Positions 38,527 to 48,291 of a stretch of DNA of 64,000 nt are shown in pieces. The notes under the pieces are model-generated. The model was not told where the DNA came from. It did no database searches and saw only the letters and a program-made list of their open reading frames with translations. Both the position numbers and the translations under genes were made by a program. Positions within the stretch are counted from its first letter, which is position 1. Every line of letters begins with the position of its first letter. Source of the DNA: Bacteroidales bacterium. Lineage in GTDB: Bacteria; Bacteroidota; Bacteroidia; Bacteroidales; UBA3824. The stretch lies in assembly GCA_017417315.1 (NCBI GenBank), contig JAFPZK010000075.1:2582-66581 (forward strand), read 5' to 3'.

Positions 38527-39648
38527 ATGACACAAAATTCTGAAAATAAAGATATTAACAAATCGGAAAGAGTAAAAACCGTTGTCAAGTATTTCTTTTG
38601 GGATATAGTTTTGATGACTATTTTGATTATCAACTTTATCCTTTTGATTTGGGATTGGTGTTATTCGATAGAACTTGTCAACAATTTTTTTATTGAAAAT
38701 TTTCCGGCATTTTCCGCTGTATACGACGACATTCACGCCAACATAAAACTCATTGACTTGACGTTTGTTGCAATATATTTGACGGATTTTATCGTAGGTT
38801 GGATAATTTCGGTTGTAAAACACAAAGAAAAAAAATATAGTTACCCGCTAACACATTGGTACGATTTGTTAGGCTGTATTCCCTCGGGCAGTCTTATTTT
38901 TTTAAGACTTTTGAGGGTTGTTTCCATCATAATCCGTCTTCATAAAAAACGCCTTATAAATGTAGGCAAATGGTCTATCGTAAAAAAAGGTATCACCATT
39001 TATAATATAGTGATGGAAGAGATTTCTGACCGCGTAGTCTTGAATATTTTGAACGGTATACGGCAAAATATAAGTATGGGAACGCCGGTTTCAAAATTGA
39101 TTTTTTCGCAGATAATAGAGCCTCAAAAGCAAAAAATAATTGACATAGTTTTTGAAAAATTCAACACCGTGTCAAATTTGGAATACGCTGCCTACAAAGA
39201 CGAAATTGCAAGTTACGTAAAAGCAAAAACCAAAGAGGCAATTTCATCAAACAAAGAAGTTTCGCTTTTGACGAAAATGCCGGTTGTAGGTTCGCAAATA
39301 AAAGGCACGCTCGAGAAGTCGGTTTCAGGCACTATAACGGGCGTAATTGACAATATAGCAGGCGATTTGCTTTCTGACACCGGTCAGGAAAAACTTAAAA
39401 ACATATCGACGGAAATCACGGATTCGGTCACAAAAGATTTGGAAAAAGACCTCCGTCCCGTGATAACCGACATTATTTTGGCGACGGTTGACATTATTGC
39501 CAAAACAGCAAACGTTAAGCAGTGGAAACTGTCAAACATAGAAAACCAAATAATGAACGCCAAAAATTCTCCTTATCCTAACGAAGAGAAAATCAAGGCG
39601 TTAGAAGAAAAATACAATCAATTACTGATTGAAGGATTTTTTAAATAA
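38527..39648 (+). CDS. Membrane protein with ion-transport/voltage-sensor-like helix and long helical C-terminal region
   Basis: TM helices plus the S4-like segment LIFLRLLRVVSIIIRLHKKR. About 200 aa helical tail. 9 nt upstream of the PqqD-like gene. Confidence 0.5.
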   Translation: MTQNSENKDINKSERVKTVVKYFFWDIVLMTILIINFILLIWDWCYSIELVNNFFIENFPAFSAVYDDIHANIKLIDLTFVAIYLTDFIVGWIISVVKHKEKKYSYPLTHWYDLLGCIPSGSLIFLRLLRVVSIIIRLHKKRLINVGKWSIVKKGITIYNIVMEEISDRVVLNILNGIRQNISMGTPVSKLIFSQIIEPQKQKIIDIVFEKFNTVSNLEYAAYKDEIASYVKAKTKEAISSNKEVSLLTKMPVVGSQIKGTLEKSVSGTITGVIDNIAGDLLSDTGQEKLKNISTEITDSVTKDLEKDLRPVITDIILATVDIIAKTANVKQWKLSNIENQIMNAKNSPYPNEEKIKALEEKYNQLLIEGFFK

Positions 39649-39657
39649 TATTATACA

Positions 39658-39927
39658 ATGAAACTTAAAAAAGGATTTGTAGTGCGCGAAGTATGCGCTC
39701 AAAAAGTAATCGTGGCAGAAGGTCTCGAAGCCGTAGATTTCGGCAAACTTCTCAGCCTAAACGACTCAGCCGCTTTTGTGTGGCAACTCGCTGAAAAACA
39801 GGGAGATTTCACGGTAGAAAGTCTTGCTTCGGCTTTTTGTAAAGAGTATGAAACAGACGAAAAAACCGCTCAAAACGATGTCAAAGAACTTTTAGAAAAA
39901 TGGCAAAAACTCGGCGTTATTGAATGA
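39658..39927 (+). CDS. PqqD-family peptide chaperone (RiPP recognition element)
   Basis: 89 aa. Beta-rich N-terminus then LSLNDSAAFVWQL...TVESL...EYETDEKTAQNDVKELLEKWQKLGVI, the usual PqqD/RRE pattern. Confidence 0.8.
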   Translation: MKLKKGFVVREVCAQKVIVAEGLEAVDFGKLLSLNDSAAFVWQLAEKQGDFTVESLASAFCKEYETDEKTAQNDVKELLEKWQKLGVIE

Positions 39928-41546
39928 AATATTTTTCGTGGTTTCTGTCAAGTACTTCGGGCATAAGACTGAATATTTTTGTAAGAATAATTGCGGGACT
40001 TTTGCAGGCGGCAATCGGCTTGCAAGTAGTTTGGCTCAGCAAAAAGTTTATCGACATTGTAATAGTTGAAGGCTCTGACGATGATATTTTTAGGACTGCA
40101 TGCCGGCTATTCGGCGGAATAACGGCTGCGGTTTTGTTAAGACAACTTTACTATTATATGACCGTCAAAGCCGGAACGGTGCAGTCTAACTGCATACGTA
40201 AAAATATTTTCGGGAAACTTTTTTCTACACCGCTTTATAACAATCAAACTTTACATTCAGGCGATGTTGCTTCACGTCTTGCAAAGGATATTGAACTTGT
40301 CAGCGAAGTTTCAACGGATATTTTGCCGCAAATAACGATTATCGGCGCAGAACTTATCGGTGCATTTCTTCTGATGAGATATTTTGATGCGCGGTTAGCG
40401 TGGCTTTTAGTTTTGATAACACCCGTTACGGCAGCATTAGGAAAATTTATCTCATTCAAACTCAGAGCGTTAACTCACGGCATAAGAGCGGAAGAAAGTA
40501 AAATTCAAATGCAGGTTCAAGAAAGTATCGAACAAAATGCCGTTTTGAGGTCGTTGTGTTGTCAAAATTTTATGACAAAAACGCTTGACACACTACAAAA
40601 CGGTTTGCGGGCGTTAGTCTTGAAAAGAACACGTTTTATGGTGATAATCAGAGTGTTAATCGGTCTGACGTTTTCGCTCGGCTATATGACGGCTTTTGTT
40701 TGGGGCGGTTTGCAGTTGAAATCAGGAGCGATAACTTTCGGCACGATGACTTCGTTTTTGCAACTTGTGGGACTGATTCAAAGTCCTATTTTAACACTTC
40801 TGAATTATTTCCCGAAAGTGGTTCAGGCGACGGCAAGCATCGACCGCTTGGAACAAATGAATGTTTCTTCCGATGAAGTTTCCGAAACCAAAGATTTAAA
40901 AAATTCACCGCTCGGCATTGAGTTTAAAAACGTCAGTTTTAAATATTCGGATAACGGCGGTTTGGTTTTGAACAAATTTTCGCATAATTTTACGCCGAAA
41001 TCCAAGACGGCAATCACGGGCAGAACGGGTATCGGAAAAACGACTTTGTTTCGTTTGATGTTGTCGTTTATCAGGCCCGAAAGCGGAGAAATCATGGTTT
41101 ATAACGATGAAGAAAATTTGCCCGTAAATGAAAATTTGCGGAATAATTTTGTTTTTGTTCCGCAGGGTAACACTTTGATTAGCGGTACTTTACGTTACAA
41201 CCTTCAACTTGCCGACCCGGAAGCGGACGATGAAAAACTAAAAAAAGTTCTTCATACAGCATGTGCGGATTTTGTGTTCTCAATGCCTAATTGTCTTGAC
41301 ACAAAGTTAAGCGAACACGGCGGCGGGTTGAGTGAAGGTCAGGCTCAGAGAATAGCAATTGCGCGGGGTTTGTTACGACCGGGGAAAATTTTTCTGCTCG
41401 ACGAAATCACGTCAGCACTTGACGAAGAAACTGAAAAAGAACTTTACAAACGGTTGTTTAAAGAATACCCCGACAAAACGATGATTTTTATCACGCACAG
41501 ACCGTCAGTGAGCGATATGTGCGAATTTAAAATACATTTAGAATAA
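39924..41546 (+). CDS. ABC exporter, fused permease + ATPase (no C39 peptidase domain)
   Basis: 6-TM ABC_membrane region. GRTGIGKTT Walker A, LSEGQAQR signature variant, FLLDEITSALD Walker B, ITHR H-loop. Confidence 0.9.
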   Translation: MKYFSWFLSSTSGIRLNIFVRIIAGLLQAAIGLQVVWLSKKFIDIVIVEGSDDDIFRTACRLFGGITAAVLLRQLYYYMTVKAGTVQSNCIRKNIFGKLFSTPLYNNQTLHSGDVASRLAKDIELVSEVSTDILPQITIIGAELIGAFLLMRYFDARLAWLLVLITPVTAALGKFISFKLRALTHGIRAEESKIQMQVQESIEQNAVLRSLCCQNFMTKTLDTLQNGLRALVLKRTRFMVIIRVLIGLTFSLGYMTAFVWGGLQLKSGAITFGTMTSFLQLVGLIQSPILTLLNYFPKVVQATASIDRLEQMNVSSDEVSETKDLKNSPLGIEFKNVSFKYSDNGGLVLNKFSHNFTPKSKTAITGRTGIGKTTLFRLMLSFIRPESGEIMVYNDEENLPVNENLRNNFVFVPQGNTLISGTLRYNLQLADPEADDEKLKKVLHTACADFVFSMPNCLDTKLSEHGGGLSEGQAQRIAIARGLLRPGKIFLLDEITSALDEETEKELYKRLFKEYPDKTMIFITHRPSVSDMCEFKIHLE

Positions 41547-42664
41547 TGGAACACTTTTTTTCACTTTTGAGATTTTCACTTTCGATAACTGACAGTTTTG
41601 ACGAAAAATTGTCGGACAAAGAATGGCTTGAAATTTTTAAAGCCGCTCATAGTCAAGCACTTGTCGGCGTGATTTTTTGCGGCGTACAAAAACTTAAAAA
41701 AGAACTCGCCCCGCCGTTTACCCTGATGATGCAATGGGCGGCAGAGGCGGAAAAAATACACGGCTTAAACAAACTTTTTTACGCTGAAAGTCAACGTCTT
41801 ACAGACCTTTTTACGGCAAACGGCAGAAAGTCCGTCATCTTGAAAGGTCAGGCAAATTCGCGACTTTATCCCGATAAATTTTGTCGTCAACCCGGCGACA
41901 TTGACATCTACGTTGAAGGCGGAAAAGAAAGTGTCATCTACCTTATTGACAAGTTAGGAATGTTGCCTAAGGACTTGCCCGAAGGTGCATTTAATGCTTA
42001 TCATCACGTGCATTTGCCCGAAAACGAAAAAGGCGTAAGCGTAGAAGTCCATTTCAGACCCTCGTCAGGATTCTATAACAGCATTTATAACAACAGGTTA
42101 CAAAATTATCTTGACGAAAATTTAAAAGACATAATCTTTACGGAAGAAGGTTTTAATGTCCCCGATATGAAATTTGCACTTTTGATGCAATTGGCTCATC
42201 TTCAAAGGCATTTTCTTATGGAAGGTGTTGGTTTACGGCAAGTTACGGATTATTATTTCTTGCTGAAAAAAGCCTCGAAAGAAGACAGAGAATATGTGTC
42301 GGGGCTGCTGTCAAAACTAAATATAAAACGCTTCACGAAAGCATTGATGTGGATTTTGAACAAGATTTTTCTCTTGGAAAAAGATTTTATGCTTTGCGAA
42401 ATGAGCGAAAAACAAGGCAAAAAAGTTATGGAAGAAATCATCGTCGGCGGCAATTTCGGCTGGTGGAGCAAAACTCCAAACCCGACTGCATGGAGACGTT
42501 TTTACGAACGAAGAAGACGCAGTTGGAAAATGTTTACATTCAATCCGTTAGAAATGTGGCCGCACGAAATGGGATATTGGAAATGTTTCTTTAAAAATAT
42601 GCCTAAACGTATCCGCTACCGTACATTATCATTAGAAACCATAAAAAAAGATGAAAACCACTGA
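41546..42664 (+). CDS. Uncharacterised nucleotidyltransferase (PF14907/NTP_transf_5-like)
   Basis: 372 aa. ILKGQANSRLYP...PGDIDIYV minimal-NTase motif and overall resemblance to the family seen in RiPP and capsule loci. Confidence 0.65.
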   Translation: MEHFFSLLRFSLSITDSFDEKLSDKEWLEIFKAAHSQALVGVIFCGVQKLKKELAPPFTLMMQWAAEAEKIHGLNKLFYAESQRLTDLFTANGRKSVILKGQANSRLYPDKFCRQPGDIDIYVEGGKESVIYLIDKLGMLPKDLPEGAFNAYHHVHLPENEKGVSVEVHFRPSSGFYNSIYNNRLQNYLDENLKDIIFTEEGFNVPDMKFALLMQLAHLQRHFLMEGVGLRQVTDYYFLLKKASKEDREYVSGLLSKLNIKRFTKALMWILNKIFLLEKDFMLCEMSEKQGKKVMEEIIVGGNFGWWSKTPNPTAWRRFYERRRRSWKMFTFNPLEMWPHEMGYWKCFFKNMPKRIRYRTLSLETIKKDENH

Positions 42665-43499
42665 ATATTACAAAGTTGCGGAACACGTTTTTAGTGTTTC
42701 AGCAGAAAGTTTTTTTGACAATTATAAGCCGTTTTTGACGGAAAAAGTCTCAAAACCGCTATTTTCGTTAGAGATTTTCAACGAAAGTTTTTCGGCGAAT
42801 TTCACCGAAGAAATCTCTCAGGAAGAAGAAGGTCAGAGGATAGTTTGCGGACATACGGAAGAGGGAAAATCCGTTTTTGAGTTTTGGCTCGAAAACAAAA
42901 AAGCAGGCGTTTTAATTTCGCAATCAGACTTTCAGAACAACGTTTTGTATGTAGAAAAAGGTTTTGAAAAATTTTCTACCGACAACGCTCTGATGATAGT
43001 TTTTGCGCTTTCAACGGCTTCAAAATCAACACTTTTGTTTCATTCGTCAGTGATTGCTTACGGCGGCAAAGGTTATATGTTTTTGGGTAAAAGCGGTACG
43101 GGAAAAAGCACACATTCAAGACTTTGGCTTCAAAACGTTTTGGGCGCAAGGCTGTTAAACGATGATAACCCGGTAGTAAGAATTTTTTCGGAAGAGATAA
43201 AAGTTTTCGGCTCACCGTGGAGCGGCAAAACAAATTGCTACAAAAACGAAGAATTACCTCTTGGCGGAATAGTACTTTTAAGTCAGGCTAAATATAACAA
43301 AATCAGCGAATTAAAAGGCATTCAAGCATACGCTGCGCTTATTCCGTCGATTTCAGGAAAACGTTGGGACAAGGTTTTGGCTGACAATCTTCACAAAAGC
43401 GAAACCGTCATCATAGAAAAAATAAAAATGTGGCATCTTGAATGTCTGCCTGACAACAACGCCGCTATTTTATGCAAAAACACAATATCATGCAACTAA
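42651..43499 (+). CDS. HPr-kinase-C-like P-loop kinase (HprK-related)
   Basis: 282 aa. LFHSSVIAYGGKGYMFLGKSGTGKSTHS P-loop and NDDNPVV downstream, as in HprK-related kinases of peptide-modification loci. Confidence 0.65.
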   Translation: MKTTEYYKVAEHVFSVSAESFFDNYKPFLTEKVSKPLFSLEIFNESFSANFTEEISQEEEGQRIVCGHTEEGKSVFEFWLENKKAGVLISQSDFQNNVLYVEKGFEKFSTDNALMIVFALSTASKSTLLFHSSVIAYGGKGYMFLGKSGTGKSTHSRLWLQNVLGARLLNDDNPVVRIFSEEIKVFGSPWSGKTNCYKNEELPLGGIVLLSQAKYNKISELKGIQAYAALIPSISGKRWDKVLADNLHKSETVIIEKIKMWHLECLPDNNAAILCKNTISCN

Positions 43500-43918
43500 G
43501 CAACGATTTTATAATGTCAGAGGCCTTGCGTTTGGTAGACGAAGGTCGGGACGTGATTTTTCCCGTCAAAGGTAATTCTATGCTGCCTTTTATTATCGGT
43601 GGCAAAGAAAAAGCCGTATTTTCGCCGGTGAAAAAAATAAAAACAGGCAGGGTTGTTTTAGCATACGTTGACGGTTGCCGTTATGTTGTTCACCGTATCA
43701 TAAAGATTGATAACAAGAAAGTTACGCTTATGGGCGACGGCAATCTCAAAGGTCGTGAATACTGCACGCTTACGGACATAAAAGCCGAAGTCAATTATGT
43801 TGTTGACCAAAACGAAAAAAAACGCTGTCTGAACACCTTTTGGAGGCTTTCAGCAGCGTTATTATGGCGTATTTTAAGACCTGTAAGACGGTATTTATTG
43901 AGGCTTACGTCCCTCTAA
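43472..43918 (+). CDS. S24/S26-family Ser-Lys peptidase
   Basis: 148 aa. VKGNSMLPFI (nucleophile Ser), VVHRIIKI (general-base Lys) and LMGDGN box. No N-terminal HTH. Confidence 0.7.
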   Translation: MQKHNIMQLSNDFIMSEALRLVDEGRDVIFPVKGNSMLPFIIGGKEKAVFSPVKKIKTGRVVLAYVDGCRYVVHRIIKIDNKKVTLMGDGNLKGREYCTLTDIKAEVNYVVDQNEKKRCLNTFWRLSAALLWRILRPVRRYLLRLTSL

Positions 43919-45910
43919 TGCAGCCTGATATTCAAACATTTGGTCGCGAAGTTGAGCCGCCGTAATGAAGTCAAGTTTTTTTGCCGCCTTTTCCATTTCG
44001 GCTTTGGTCTGCTTGACAAGCATTTCCAAATCGCGGACTGAAAGAAAACGAATTTCGTATTCTTCCTCATCTTTATTTTTCGTTTTGACGGTTTTCGCAT
44101 TTTGAGGCTCACCTTCCGATTTTGCCAAAACAAGGTTGTTGTCCTTTTTAATTTGTCTCGGCGTAATGTTGTGGTCTTTGTTATACTGAATCTGAATGTT
44201 TCTGTGCCGCTCTGTTTCTTCAATCGTCGTCTTCATCGAGTCGGTGATTTTGTCGCCGTACATGATGACTTTGCCGTTGATGTTTCGCGCTGCTCTGCCC
44301 GCCGTCTGTGTCAAAGACCGCGCCGAACGCAAAAAGCCTTCTTTGTCAGCATCAAGAATAGCAACCAAAGAAACTTCCGGCAAGTCCAAACCTTCACGCA
44401 AAAGGTTAACACCGACCAAAACGTCAAACAAACCTTTTCTTAAACCGTCCATAATTTCGATTCTCTCCAAGGTCTCAACGTCGCTATGAATATAACGGCA
44501 ACGGACATTCATCTTGTCAAGATATTTTGTCAACTCCTCCGCCATACGCTTTGTAAGAGTTGTAACCATAACCCTCTCGTCCCGCTTTACAACTTCCTGA
44601 ATTTCATTAAGTAAGTCGTCAATTTGATTTTTTGTCGGACGGACGCTAATCGGCGGGTCAAGCAAGCCGGTCGGACGAATCATCTGTTCTACAATCACGC
44701 CGCCGCATTTTTCTAATTCATAATCGGCAGGCGTTGCGCTAAGGTAAATGGTTTGATGCGTTAACTCCTCAAATTCAGCGAATTTCAGCGGACGGTTGTC
44801 CAAAGCCGCCGGCAGACGGAAACCGTATTCCACAAGGTTGACTTTACGACTGCGGTCGCCGCCGAACATCGCATGAATCTGCCCTAACGTTACATGACTT
44901 TCGTCAATGACCGTAATAAAATCGTCAGGAAAATAATCTATCAAACAGAACGGTCGCGTGCCGGGTTTTCTGCCGTCAAAATACCGCGAATAATTTTCAA
45001 TGCCCGAACAGTGTCCGAGTTCCTGCATCATTTCGAGGTCGTTGTTAACGCGGTCTTCTAAACGCTTGGCTTCAAGGTTTTTACCCTCGTCGCGAAGTGC
45101 CTCTAACTGCAAACCTAAATCAATGCGAATATTTTTCATCGCTTCAAACAAAACCTCCTGATTAGTCATAAAAATATTCGCAGGATAAATGATACAGTCG
45201 TCAACTTTGTCAAGACGGTGTCCCGATTCGGGGTCGAAAATAATTATTTCGTCAATTTCATCGTCCCAAAAACGAACCCGATACGCAAAATCATCGTATG
45301 CAACAAAAATGTCAACGGTATCGCCTTTAACTCGAAAATTTCCGCGCTTAAACTCAATTTCGTTGCGGCTGTACATACAATTCGACAAATTCAAGAGAAA
45401 ATCATTACGCTTAATCGTCTGACCAACTTTTAAATGTATGATGTTTGAATGAAAATTTTCAGGATTTCCGATACCGTAAAGACAACTCACCGAACTCACC
45501 ACAATTATATCTCTTCTGCCTGATAATAAGGCTGTTGTAGTGGAAAGTCGGAGTTTTTCGATGTCGTCGTTAATCGCTAAATCCTTCTCTATATAAGTGT
45601 TGGTTGTCGGAATAAAGGCTTCCGGCTGATAATAATCGTAATACGAAACAAAATATTCAACGGCATTGTTCGGAAAAAACGCCTTAAACTCGCCGTAAAG
45701 TTGTGCAGCAAGAGTTTTATTATGACTTAAAACCAAAACGGGACGGTTAAGGTTTTTGATAACGTTAGCCACCGTAAAAGTTTTGCCCGAACCTGTTACG
45801 CCTTTGAGAATCTGATAGTTATCGCCGCGCAAAACGCCTTCCGTAAGTTCTTTTATAGCCTGCGGCTGGTCGCCGGTGGGCGAAAATTGTGAAACTAATT
45901 CAAAATCCAT
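43895..45910 (-). CDS. uvrB: Excinuclease ABC subunit B
   Basis: MDFELVSQFSPTGDQPQAI, GVTGSGKTF, helicase motifs, C-terminal UVR domain. ATG 45910. Confidence 0.95.
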   Translation of the reverse strand: MDFELVSQFSPTGDQPQAIKELTEGVLRGDNYQILKGVTGSGKTFTVANVIKNLNRPVLVLSHNKTLAAQLYGEFKAFFPNNAVEYFVSYYDYYQPEAFIPTTNTYIEKDLAINDDIEKLRLSTTTALLSGRRDIIVVSSVSCLYGIGNPENFHSNIIHLKVGQTIKRNDFLLNLSNCMYSRNEIEFKRGNFRVKGDTVDIFVAYDDFAYRVRFWDDEIDEIIIFDPESGHRLDKVDDCIIYPANIFMTNQEVLFEAMKNIRIDLGLQLEALRDEGKNLEAKRLEDRVNNDLEMMQELGHCSGIENYSRYFDGRKPGTRPFCLIDYFPDDFITVIDESHVTLGQIHAMFGGDRSRKVNLVEYGFRLPAALDNRPLKFAEFEELTHQTIYLSATPADYELEKCGGVIVEQMIRPTGLLDPPISVRPTKNQIDDLLNEIQEVVKRDERVMVTTLTKRMAEELTKYLDKMNVRCRYIHSDVETLERIEIMDGLRKGLFDVLVGVNLLREGLDLPEVSLVAILDADKEGFLRSARSLTQTAGRAARNINGKVIMYGDKITDSMKTTIEETERHRNIQIQYNKDHNITPRQIKKDNNLVLAKSEGEPQNAKTVKTKNKDEEEYEIRFLSVRDLEMLVKQTKAEMEKAAKKLDFITAAQLRDQMFEYQAALEGRKPQ

Positions 45911-46040
45911 CTTTTTTTTGACGGCAAAGTTAACAAATAAATTAGTTTGTGGCATTGTATTTGGGGGAAAATTATTGCAAAAAAACCAAAAATTTGAAAC
46001 AAATTAACATGAAATTTCGTTTATAAAAATATAAAACGAT

Positions 46041-46048
46041 TACATTTG
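46041..46048 (+). promoter_or_regulatory. -7 box TACATTTG
   Basis: 29 nt upstream of ATG 46078. The track start at 46048 is a GTG at the box edge. Confidence 0.45.
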
Positions 46049-46077
46049 TGGTTTCAATAAGAAACTTGTTTGTTGTT

Positions 46078-48291
46078 ATGATAAAAATAATTCCATATAT
46101 TTTGGTTCTGATACTTTCAGTCGGGAAACTTTTTGCCCAAACGGATACTTTTAACGTTTCCGCTTTGGTCAAAAAATATAATACGGCAAAAACAGATGAC
46201 CAAAAAATGGAATATTGCTACCGAATTGCACAACAATCACACTATAACGACACTATAATTCTCTTTGCCCAAAAAGCACTCTCCCTTGCCGAAAAACTCG
46301 GCAACAAAGAAATCGAAACGGACAGCCGCATATTAATAGGTAAAGTTTATGCCATAAAACACGATTATGACAAAGGTATAGAAATACTCGGAAAAGCATT
46401 AAATTTGGCTCAAGCCTACTCCCTGCCTCTGTTAGAAGCAAAAGCGGACTACGAATTGGCAAATTGTTACAACACCAAAAACGACCAAAGAGCCGCACTC
46501 GTGCTTTATAAAGAAGCCTTAGAAATTTACACCGGTCTCAACGACCTCGTACATACGGCGGAGGTTTTCCGTCAAATCGGCGTAAACTGCAATGAAATAG
46601 GCTTTTACGAAGAAGCGAGAAAAAATTTTGAAATAGCCCTCAACTTCGACCGCATGGCACATAACGATTTAGGCAAAGCATTGGATTACGCCTATTACGC
46701 CATTATTTTAACGCCGAGTTTCGACGAGCCGATAGACAACGTAAACGAAGATTCTCTGAAAAAAGCCCAAAAATATGCCGATTCTATTCCGCTGCTTTTG
46801 AAAGACAAACCGATTTCAGTAGACGTTAATTCCGCTTATAATATGTATTATATGACATCAACAAAAATCAACCTGATGGAATACAAACGCAGCAGTTGTA
46901 CGCAAACTGAATACTTGAAAAAAGCGGAAAGATTCAATCGGGGATTCAATAAAATTTCAAAAAATATGGGCTTTTATGAAGGCAGAATTTATTCTGATAT
47001 TTTGAATGCCGAAATTTCTATGCTCAAAGGCGACACGATAAAAGCCGTAACAAAAATAGAACACCTCAAAGAAAAAATGCCGGACATAAAATGGATTAAA
47101 AACAAAGCCATGGTTTATAAGGTTTCGTCAAGCATTTATGCGGCAACACGTGATTTTGAACGCGCTTACAACGACTATAACACATACGTTTCATACAAAA
47201 ACCACTATTTATCATCAATGTCCAAAAATGCGGACTTCCGCTCCGACTATACGTTAGGCAAAGAAGTTTCCCGCATGAACGAGGACAAAAAACAAAAAGA
47301 ATATATTCTTAACATCACAACCACGATTTTGATTTTTACGTGCGTGGCAGTTTTGTTGTTTACGATTCTTTGGCGGCGGTCTTCAAAAAGTGCAAAAATT
47401 CTTGCCGAAACCAATCACCGTCTCAGTCAGCAACGTCAGGAAATTGAGGCTCAACGAAACCTCATCGACCAACAACGCGCTGCCGTAGAAAAAGCCAACG
47501 TAGAAATTTATCAATCAATAAGTTACGCAAGACATATCCAACAAGCGGCACTTCCGAGTGAAGAAACGGTGAAATCGTTTTTCCCCGACAGTTTCGTTTA
47601 TTACGTGCCGAAGGATATTGTCAGCGGCGACTTTTATTACGTTACACAAAACTCAGGTTATAACATTTTTGTTTTGGCCGACTGCACGGGACACGGCGTT
47701 CCGGGCGGCTTTCTTAGTATGCTCGGCATTTCGGCAATAAAAGACTTGCTGAAAAACCCCGAAATAGACATCTTGCCGGGCATAATGCTTGACATGATGC
47801 GGGAATACATCAAGTCAGCACTTTCAAACGATGAATATTACATAAATTCGGTTGATGGCGAAGATGACGAAAGTTTTGCAACTGCCGACGGTATGGATAT
47901 GTCGATTTGCGCCATTGACATCGACAATCATAAATTGCGTTTTGCAGGTGCGTACCAAAGTGCGTATATCGTCCGCGAAGGCGAAATTATCCGTCTGAAA
48001 GGCGACCGAATGCCCGTAGGACGGCACATCAACGAAAAGCCTAATTTCACGACATTATATTTTGACGTCATGCAAGGCGATATGGTTTATATGCAGTCTG
48101 ACGGCATTGAAAGTCAAATCGGCTATACGGGTCAGAAATTTATGACCAAACGTCTGAAACAATTTTTCCTTGACAATTATCTTAAACCTTGCGAAGAACA
48201 AAAAGAAATCATCACCCAAATAATGAACGATTGGATTTTCGGCACTATTCAGGTAGATGATTTGTCAATGGCGGGAATAAGAATCGTTTAA
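46078..48291 (+). CDS. TPR - TM - coiled coil - PP2C/SpoIIE-family protein phosphatase (paralogue of 32368-34164)
   Basis: Signal peptide, large TPR region, one TM, then KDIVSGDFYY...DCTGHGVPGGFLSMLG...DGMDMS...SDGIESQ. Confidence 0.8.
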   Translation: MIKIIPYILVLILSVGKLFAQTDTFNVSALVKKYNTAKTDDQKMEYCYRIAQQSHYNDTIILFAQKALSLAEKLGNKEIETDSRILIGKVYAIKHDYDKGIEILGKALNLAQAYSLPLLEAKADYELANCYNTKNDQRAALVLYKEALEIYTGLNDLVHTAEVFRQIGVNCNEIGFYEEARKNFEIALNFDRMAHNDLGKALDYAYYAIILTPSFDEPIDNVNEDSLKKAQKYADSIPLLLKDKPISVDVNSAYNMYYMTSTKINLMEYKRSSCTQTEYLKKAERFNRGFNKISKNMGFYEGRIYSDILNAEISMLKGDTIKAVTKIEHLKEKMPDIKWIKNKAMVYKVSSSIYAATRDFERAYNDYNTYVSYKNHYLSSMSKNADFRSDYTLGKEVSRMNEDKKQKEYILNITTTILIFTCVAVLLFTILWRRSSKSAKILAETNHRLSQQRQEIEAQRNLIDQQRAAVEKANVEIYQSISYARHIQQAALPSEETVKSFFPDSFVYYVPKDIVSGDFYYVTQNSGYNIFVLADCTGHGVPGGFLSMLGISAIKDLLKNPEIDILPGIMLDMMREYIKSALSNDEYYINSVDGEDDESFATADGMDMSICAIDIDNHKLRFAGAYQSAYIVREGEIIRLKGDRMPVGRHINEKPNFTTLYFDVMQGDMVYMQSDGIESQIGYTGQKFMTKRLKQFFLDNYLKPCEEQKEIITQIMNDWIFGTIQVDDLSMAGIRIV

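Noticed and set aside
43472-43918. S24 peptidase as a LexA/phage-repressor-type regulator
   Set aside because: There is no N-terminal HTH domain. At 148 aa, only the peptidase domain is present, and the gene is translationally coupled to the preceding kinase-like gene.
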